DNA of 32,104 bases. It comes from Promethearchaeota archaeon (GTDB lineage: Archaea > Asgardarchaeota > Lokiarchaeia > Sigyniarchaeales > SOKP01). Position 1 is the stretch's first letter; each line of letters begins with the position of its first letter. The position numbers were made by a program, and so were the translations under genes. The notes under the pieces are model-generated. The model saw only the letters and a list, made by a program, of their open reading frames with translations, was not told where the DNA came from and made no database searches. This document shows positions 25,986 to 32,104 of this stretch, piece after piece. The stretch lies in contig JBHLNS010000037.1 in NCBI GenBank assembly GCA_048941285.1, forward strand, positions 1-32,104. Reading direction: 5' to 3'.

Positions 25986-27557
25986 TTGAAGTTTAAAACA
26001 GACTTTTTAATTATTGGAAGTGGAATTTCTGGGCTTTCACTTGCTTTGTATCTATCAGAATTAGTCCCGAAAGCCAACTTATTATTAGTTACAAAAGAGA
26101 CTTTACATGAAAGTAGTACTTTTCATGCTCAAGGTGGAATTGCATGTGTATGGAATAAAAATGATAATTTTGAAAAGCATGTTCAAGATACACTACTTGC
26201 TGGAGACGAATTATGTAATGAAACAGTTGTGAGAAAGATAATAAAGCAAGCACCTGATAGAATAAAAGATCTGATAAATTTAGGAGTAAAATTTACAAGA
26301 AATAAACAAGGAGAATATGATTTAGGAAAAGAGGGAGGTCATTCAGTAAGAAGAATTTTTCGTGTAAACGACCAAACTGGAAGAAGCATAGAGCAAGTAC
26401 TTATTGATCATGTGAAAAAGTTAGAGAATATTGAAATTAAAGAAAAATGGTGCGCTATTAATCTCTATGTTAAAAATCTAAAATGTCAAGGAGCATATAT
26501 TTTAGAGCAAGAATCAGAGGAAATTCACAACATAGCCGCAAAAGGTACTATTATAGCAACAGGAGGTGCTGGTAAAATTTACTTATATACCACAAATCCA
26601 GATATAATTTCTGGAGATGGCATTGCAATGGCTTATAGGGCTGGAGCTATGATCTCTAATCTAGAATTCTATCAGTTTCATCCCACTTGTTTATACCATC
26701 CATATGCAAAATCATTTTTGATTACTGAGGCAATGCGGGGGGAAGGTGCAATCCTAAAAGATATGCGAGGAAATGAATTCATGAAAAAATATCATCCTCA
26801 GAAGGATTTGGCACCACGCGATATAGTGTCAAGAGCTATTGATGCAGAACTTAAGAAATCTGGTGATGATTATGTATATTTAGATATTGCTTCTTATAGA
26901 GATTCCACTTTTATTAAAAATCATTATCCCGCAATTTATGAAAAATGCTTAGAATTTAATATCGACATCACAAAAGAACCAATTCCAGTGGTACCAGCTG
27001 CTCATTATTGTTGTGGTGGAGTGGTCGCCGATGTTGATGGTAGGACAGATATAAAAAATCTATTTGTTATTGGAGAAGCTGCGTGTACAGGTTTACATGG
27101 AAGCAACAGACTCGCTTCTAATTCTCTCTTAGAAGGATTAGTTACTGCTTATGAGTGTGCAGGGTATTTTTCAGATCGCAATTCTGAGTTAAAAGTCAAA
27201 GATTTCCCTGAATGGGAATCTGGCAATGCTATTCCCTCTCAAGAAGCAGTAGTTATAACACAGAATTGGGATGAGATTAGAATGTTAATGCAAAATTTTG
27301 TAGGTATTGTAAGATCTGATGCGCGATTGAAAAGAGCCCTTAAAAGAATGAATATTTTTGCTGAAGAAATTGATTATTATTATTGGAATTATAAAGTGGA
27401 TAAAAATTTAGTAGAGCTAAGAAACTTATCAATGGTTGCTGAATTATTAATAAGATGTGCGTTATCTCGGAAAGAAAGTAGAGGAACCCATTTTAATCAA
27501 AATCATCCGAATAAATTAGAATTAGCTAGAAATTCCTATATTAAAAGACCTTGGTAG
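25986..27557 (+). CDS. nadB: L-aspartate oxidase
   Basis: Motifs 'IIGSGISGL', 'STFHAQGGIA', 'EGGHSVRRI', 'QFHPT', 'LITEAMRGEGA', 'LAPRDIVSRAI', 'PAAHYCCGG', 'GLHGSNRLASNSLLEG' and 'RKESRGTH'. Confidence 0.95.
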   Translation: MKFKTDFLIIGSGISGLSLALYLSELVPKANLLLVTKETLHESSTFHAQGGIACVWNKNDNFEKHVQDTLLAGDELCNETVVRKIIKQAPDRIKDLINLGVKFTRNKQGEYDLGKEGGHSVRRIFRVNDQTGRSIEQVLIDHVKKLENIEIKEKWCAINLYVKNLKCQGAYILEQESEEIHNIAAKGTIIATGGAGKIYLYTTNPDIISGDGIAMAYRAGAMISNLEFYQFHPTCLYHPYAKSFLITEAMRGEGAILKDMRGNEFMKKYHPQKDLAPRDIVSRAIDAELKKSGDDYVYLDIASYRDSTFIKNHYPAIYEKCLEFNIDITKEPIPVVPAAHYCCGGVVADVDGRTDIKNLFVIGEAACTGLHGSNRLASNSLLEGLVTAYECAGYFSDRNSELKVKDFPEWESGNAIPSQEAVVITQNWDEIRMLMQNFVGIVRSDARLKRALKRMNIFAEEIDYYYWNYKVDKNLVELRNLSMVAELLIRCALSRKESRGTHFNQNHPNKLELARNSYIKRPW

Positions 27558-27635
27558 GAACGTAGTGCTTTTTAATCCTATAATTTTATATGGTTACTCT
27601 CATTAATATTGATAATTCCCAATCTATCACCTATT

Positions 27636-28892
27636 ATGAATATCTATCTGCCTTTTAAGAATAAACTTGAAAATCTTTTAGATGATCAGCAATTTAGAGT
27701 TCTAATTTCCTTTACTGATCTCTCGAAAAGAGATAATTTCATAAAAGAAAATGGTCAGCTTAAAATTTTGGGTAAAATAGATTTTATGCCTTCATTATTG
27801 GTCAGATTAAATAAAGAGCAGATTTTTAATTACCAAAGCGAAGAAATAATAAAAAATATTCAAGAAGACCAAGTTCTTTACCCTTCAATGCTAGATGTTA
27901 TTGAAATGTTAGAACTAAACGAGTATAGGAACTCTGAAATTGCATATTCAGGGAAAAATGTAAAGGTAGGAATCATTGACAATGGAATAAATAAAGAAGT
28001 TTCAGCAATTTCAAATATATCGATTAAAAAATATAGAATATATGAAAAAGAAAAATACGTAAAAAAGAACGGTGCAGGAAGTGAAATAACTCATGCAACA
28101 ATAATGGCAAGTATAATTTGTAATAAATTTGAGAATAACGATAATAATTATGTTGGAATTGCTCCGAGTGTTAGCATTATTGATTTCGACATTTCAAATT
28201 CAATTAATCAATACTCTTTATATCACATCTTAACTGTTTTTGATAAAATTGATAAGGAAAAAATTAATATTGACATTCTTTTCATTCCTTTAACTACAAA
28301 AGACTCGTCTGATGGTGAAGATCTTTTATCCCTAGCTTGTAATTTATTAACACAAAGAAATATTATGATAGTTTGCCCAACAGGAAATTTCGGTCCAAAT
28401 AACTATACTATAGGAAGTCCTGGAGCTGCTAAAAATGTTATAACCATTGGCGCACTTACTAAAGATCTAAAGATCTCTAATTTTTGCGGACGAGGTCCAA
28501 CTCTGGATGAAAGAATAAAACCAGATTTGTATTTCCCTGGTTCTAATGTTATAGTGCCGATAAGTGATAATTTGAGATTAAGAGTCTCAGGTACTAGTAT
28601 TTCAGCAGTAATATGTGTAGGAGTAATCGCATTAATCAAAGAATACGACCCAGACATTTCATATAAAGCCCTTATAAATTTATTGAAAGAATCAAGTATC
28701 GATTTAAATTATAAAGGAAACACTCAAAGTATAAGAACTCTCAAAGTAACAGATATATTTAGTAAACTGGATTTATTTCATGAAAAATTAGTGCCTTATA
28801 ATTACTTAATTAAAAAATCTTTAACATTGTCTATTGGATTTCTAATATTAGTTATTATATTGTTTTATTTCTTCTATTTTTTTAGAATTTAA
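27636..28892 (+). CDS. Divergent S8 subtilase (AprX-like) with a propeptide-like N-terminus and C-terminal TM anchor
   Basis: Asp 'VGIIDNGI', His 'THATIMAS', oxyanion Asn 'PTGNFG', 'ITIGA', 'RGPT...KPDL' and Ser 'SGTSISA'. Hydrophobic C-terminus. Start is ATG 27636 or TTG 27609. Confidence 0.85.
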   Translation: MNIYLPFKNKLENLLDDQQFRVLISFTDLSKRDNFIKENGQLKILGKIDFMPSLLVRLNKEQIFNYQSEEIIKNIQEDQVLYPSMLDVIEMLELNEYRNSEIAYSGKNVKVGIIDNGINKEVSAISNISIKKYRIYEKEKYVKKNGAGSEITHATIMASIICNKFENNDNNYVGIAPSVSIIDFDISNSINQYSLYHILTVFDKIDKEKINIDILFIPLTTKDSSDGEDLLSLACNLLTQRNIMIVCPTGNFGPNNYTIGSPGAAKNVITIGALTKDLKISNFCGRGPTLDERIKPDLYFPGSNVIVPISDNLRLRVSGTSISAVICVGVIALIKEYDPDISYKALINLLKESSIDLNYKGNTQSIRTLKVTDIFSKLDLFHEKLVPYNYLIKKSLTLSIGFLILVIILFYFFYFFRI

Positions 28893-28922
28893 CTATTATA
28901 TCCAAATTTTAAGGTATTTAAT

Positions 28923-30419
28923 TTGAAAAATTATGACATTATACTTATTCATCCACCAAGAACATTAAATGCAAATACTGGTAAAAAGTCCAAGCCAATA
29001 CGAGGTTCGTTTATCTTTATTCCAATGGGGGTCTTTGCTATGGGAGATCTCCTTGAAAAAGAGGGTTTTGGAGTCCAAATTCTGAATTATCCTCTTGAAA
29101 AGTATCTAGACCCTAATTGGGAATTTACAAATTACCTAAATTCTATTGACTTTGATATCTGTGGGATTGATTTACATTGGACACATAATGCCTCTGGAGC
29201 TATTGAAGTCGCTAGATTAGTAAAAGATGTAAATCCTGAGGCGAAAGTAATTTTGGGGGGATTTACTGCTTCATATTATCATCATCTAATTTTAAAATAT
29301 TATACATTTATTGATGGGATTATAAGAGGAGAAGGTGAGATTCCACTCTTAAAATACCTTCAAAACAGTAATCAGAATCATTCTTTAGATTCAGTGCCAA
29401 ATTTAACTTATCGAGAGCCTTCTAATCACATAAAAATAAATCCTCTCTCATATACCGCAAAAACTTTGGATAATTTTAATTTTACAAATATGACACTATT
29501 AAAAAACGCTAAAGATTATTTTGATTATAGCAAAAAAATTATGGGAATCTCTTTTAATCTTCCAATAGGAAGAGGTTGTCCTTTTAATTGCCCATTTTGT
29601 GGAGGGGGACAAAGAGCTCAACAAAAATTTACAGGGAGAAATAATGTAATCCTACGAGATCCAGAAAAAGTTATAGATGATATTAGTAAAATGGTTGATA
29701 ATTATAAAATTTCAAGTGTCTTTTTTGGTCATGGGGTTTATCCAGCTAATATTAAGTATTGGAAAATACTATTTGAGTTAATTCGAAAAGAAAAACTAGA
29801 TATTTCTGCAGATATGGAGATATGGCGTTTACCCTTTCCTAAAAATATATGGAACTCATTTTATAAAACATTTGATCTCAGCTATTCATCAATTAGTATT
29901 TCTCCTAGAACAATGTCTCAAAATGTTCAACAAAAAATAGCTCAGATTTGTGATCCAACATTTAAATTTCCTAAAAATCAAATTAATGATTTAATAAAAA
30001 ATGCCAATTTATTTAAGCTCAATTTAAGAATATGGCTAACTATTGGATTTCCATTTCAAACCCATATTGATATCCTTAAGGATTTTAATTTTGCATTGAA
30101 ATGTGTTTTAAAATATGGAAAATCTAATTCAAAACCCATTACTATAATGAATGAACCTTATTTTATTTTCCCTGGTTCACCTGCACATGAATCTCCTAAG
30201 AAATTTGGATTAGAATTGAAGTATAATTCTTTTCCAGAAGTGGTGGAGGCTTTTAAGAAAACAAAAATATCACATTTTTATAATGTGATAAATTATAGCA
30301 CGGAGAATTTTTCTGGTGCTTCTATTAATACGATAAATCTACTATTTTTTCTAAGCACTTTAAGCATGTTTCTAACAACAGGTTCAGGAAAAAAAAATCA
30401 GATAAAAAAAAATAACTGA
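28923..30419 (+). CDS. Cobalamin-binding radical SAM protein
   Basis: B12-binding-type N-domain ('GIDLHW', 'VILGGFTAS', 'IRGEGE') followed by 'GRGCPFNCPFC' (CxxxCxxC). Confidence 0.88.
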   Translation: MKNYDIILIHPPRTLNANTGKKSKPIRGSFIFIPMGVFAMGDLLEKEGFGVQILNYPLEKYLDPNWEFTNYLNSIDFDICGIDLHWTHNASGAIEVARLVKDVNPEAKVILGGFTASYYHHLILKYYTFIDGIIRGEGEIPLLKYLQNSNQNHSLDSVPNLTYREPSNHIKINPLSYTAKTLDNFNFTNMTLLKNAKDYFDYSKKIMGISFNLPIGRGCPFNCPFCGGGQRAQQKFTGRNNVILRDPEKVIDDISKMVDNYKISSVFFGHGVYPANIKYWKILFELIRKEKLDISADMEIWRLPFPKNIWNSFYKTFDLSYSSISISPRTMSQNVQQKIAQICDPTFKFPKNQINDLIKNANLFKLNLRIWLTIGFPFQTHIDILKDFNFALKCVLKYGKSNSKPITIMNEPYFIFPGSPAHESPKKFGLELKYNSFPEVVEAFKKTKISHFYNVINYSTENFSGASINTINLLFFLSTLSMFLTTGSGKKNQIKKNN

Positions 30420-30564
30420 TTTTGAAAAATGATTTAATTTTTTTAATACTATTGAAATTTTATTAAAACTCATTAAGTATAATCTATAAAAATTGAAAAT
30501 TATTAGTTTAATAACTAGAATATGAAATATTTAATACTGAAGTTATTAATTTTTAAATAGTAGG

Positions 30565-31308
30565 ATGACTCAAAATAATGAACAACTCCATTTAATAATT
30601 GATAATAGAGAGCAGAAGTTAAAGGTTATATTAGACAAAAAAAAAGATACCATAACCTATGAATCAAAACAACTAGATATTGCAGATGTTGTCATTTCGA
30701 GTGAAGTTGCGATAGAAAGAAAAGAAGGAAGCGATTTTGTTTCCTCGATAATGGATAATAGATTATTTGAACAGCTACTCCGTCTAAAAGATACATATGA
30801 ATATCCAATTTTAATTATAGAAGGCTTAAATGATAATGTTTTTGAGAATACAGGAATGAAAATCTCGTCAATTTATGGCGCTCTGGCATTTATTTCATAT
30901 AAATTGGGGATATCGGTAATACCCACAAGAAATTTAGAAGATACGGCTATAGTTATTGAAAGAATTGCCTATAGAGAACAAGTGAAAGATAGTAGTCCCA
31001 TATTTTCAAGAAAAGCACCAAAAAATTTGTCTAAAAAAGAAAGAAGATCTTTTATAATTGAAGGGTTAGTTGATATTGGCCCTAAAAAAGCTAATGCTTT
31101 AATTGATAGATTTAAAAATCCGTATCAGGTTTTCAAAGCGATAAAACGTACAGAAATTATATATACTAAGACGGGAAACCCTAAAGGAATTAGAGGCCCT
31201 TTAGAAGAACTTACTGGGTTTGGTTGGAAATTTGTTGAAAAAAATCAAAGACTCCTTTTTGGAAAGAAGAAAAAAAGCCCCCAAAAAAGAATAAATGATA
31301 AATATTAA
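30565..31308 (+). CDS. xpf: Short XPF/ERCC4 structure-specific endonuclease (nuclease + HhH, no helicase domain)
   Basis: 'IIDNRE', 'ADVVIS..VAIERKEGSDF..SI.D.RLFEQ..RL', 'ILIIEG' and HhH 'LVDIGPKKA'. Confidence 0.88.
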   Translation: MTQNNEQLHLIIDNREQKLKVILDKKKDTITYESKQLDIADVVISSEVAIERKEGSDFVSSIMDNRLFEQLLRLKDTYEYPILIIEGLNDNVFENTGMKISSIYGALAFISYKLGISVIPTRNLEDTAIVIERIAYREQVKDSSPIFSRKAPKNLSKKERRSFIIEGLVDIGPKKANALIDRFKNPYQVFKAIKRTEIIYTKTGNPKGIRGPLEELTGFGWKFVEKNQRLLFGKKKKSPQKRINDKY

Positions 31309-31348
31309 CCCTATATTTAGTTTAAAAAAATCCTTAGATTGAAACAAC

Positions 31349-32104
31349 ATGGAAAAACAATTCAACCAATTAGAAAAGATTGTTCGAAATTATATGCGCA
31401 AATATAAAGTTCCTGGATTAGCAATTTCTATTTTTCAGGAAAACCAAATTGTATATTCAAAGGGATTTGGTGCCCGTGATCTTGAAGAATTCACTCCAAT
31501 GACTCCGCAAACACTCATTGGGATCGGTAGTATCACTAAATCTATGACTGCATTTGGTATTATGAAGCTTGTTGAAAGAGGGAAACTATCTCTTGAAGAT
31601 TCTGTATCAAAATATTTAGATTTCGCACCTTTTACTACACATCCTGATATTCTAATTAAGCATATTTTGTCACATTCAAGCAGTGTTCCTGCAGCAGATG
31701 GTGGATTAGCGTCATTATTTTACACCTTCGGGGATTATAAAAAAGTATATCCCGCTACAACAAAGGAAGATTTTATTGCGCATCTTAGTGAACCCGAAGA
31801 TTATATTATCTTTAAACCGGGAGAGAAATTTTTTTATAATAATGATATGTTCACATGCTTAGGATTTATTATACAGGAATTATCTGGATTGCCTTATCCA
31901 GAATTTATGCAACGTGAACTTCTCGATCCACTTGATATGAATCGTGCGGTTTTTTCAAAAAAAGATTTTGAGAAAGATAGTAATAAGATCACTGGATACA
32001 TACCTAAAAATGAAGATAATATAATGGTACCTGAAAAGCATTCAGTTCCGCTTTATGATTATCTCAATGCTCCAGGTGGATTATATGTTTCGATGGAAGA
32101 GATG
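31349..32104 (+). CDS. Serine hydrolase, beta-lactamase/AmpC-like family (3'-truncated by the window edge; absent from the ORF track)
   Basis: Manual translation MEKQFNQLEKIVRNYMRKYKVPGLAISIF... shows SxxK 'IGSITKSMT', 'HILSHSS', YxN 'PGEKFFYNND', 'PLDM' and 'APGGLY'. The frame is open to the end of the window. Confidence 0.9.
   Translation, partial: MEKQFNQLEKIVRNYMRKYKVPGLAISIFQENQIVYSKGFGARDLEEFTPMTPQTLIGIGSITKSMTAFGIMKLVERGKLSLEDSVSKYLDFAPFTTHPDILIKHILSHSSSVPAADGGLASLFYTFGDYKKVYPATTKEDFIAHLSEPEDYIIFKPGEKFFYNNDMFTCLGFIIQELSGLPYPEFMQRELLDPLDMNRAVFSKKDFEKDSNKITGYIPKNEDNIMVPEKHSVPLYDYLNAPGGLYVSMEEM

Noticed and set aside
9121-28657. Short ORFs 9121-9312, 10029-10301, 10671-10877, 12780-12962, 14490-14732, 19881-20099 and 28403-28657
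   Set aside because: All lie antisense within motif-supported genes.
1-32104. CRISPR array, tRNA/rRNA, IS or integrase
   Set aside because: No regularly spaced repeats, no GC-rich structured islands and no transposase or integrase motifs were seen.

Overview
AT-rich, gene-dense archaeal chromosomal segment. The gene content points to an Asgard archaeon of the Lokiarchaeia type (inference): geranylgeranyl reductase, short stand-alone XPF, TrmB-like protein, V4R/TRAPP-like protein, longin-like proteins and a Ras-like domain. There are about 24 intact or near-intact CDSs. Housekeeping and metabolic genes include a HerA-like ATPase, M42 peptidase, MBL hydrolase, GNAT, a beta-oxidation pair, two LMW phosphatases, nadB, a subtilase, a B12 radical SAM, XPF and a truncated serine hydrolase. 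The most notable features are: (1) a longin/uDENN domain with a folliculin/SMCR8-like 'DxxARG' arginine-finger motif fused to a degenerate small GTPase; (2) a two-gene operon encoding a longin plus tandem winged-helix protein and a TrmB-like protein with a ~290-aa helical insert; (3) four paralogous membrane-anchored surface modules arranged as a duplicated A-B pair, fused in one copy and split in the other; (4) an unannotated SIR2-like gene remnant upstream of nadB. I saw no rRNA, tRNA, CRISPR array or transposase. All family calls come from reading motifs by eye, not from database searches.
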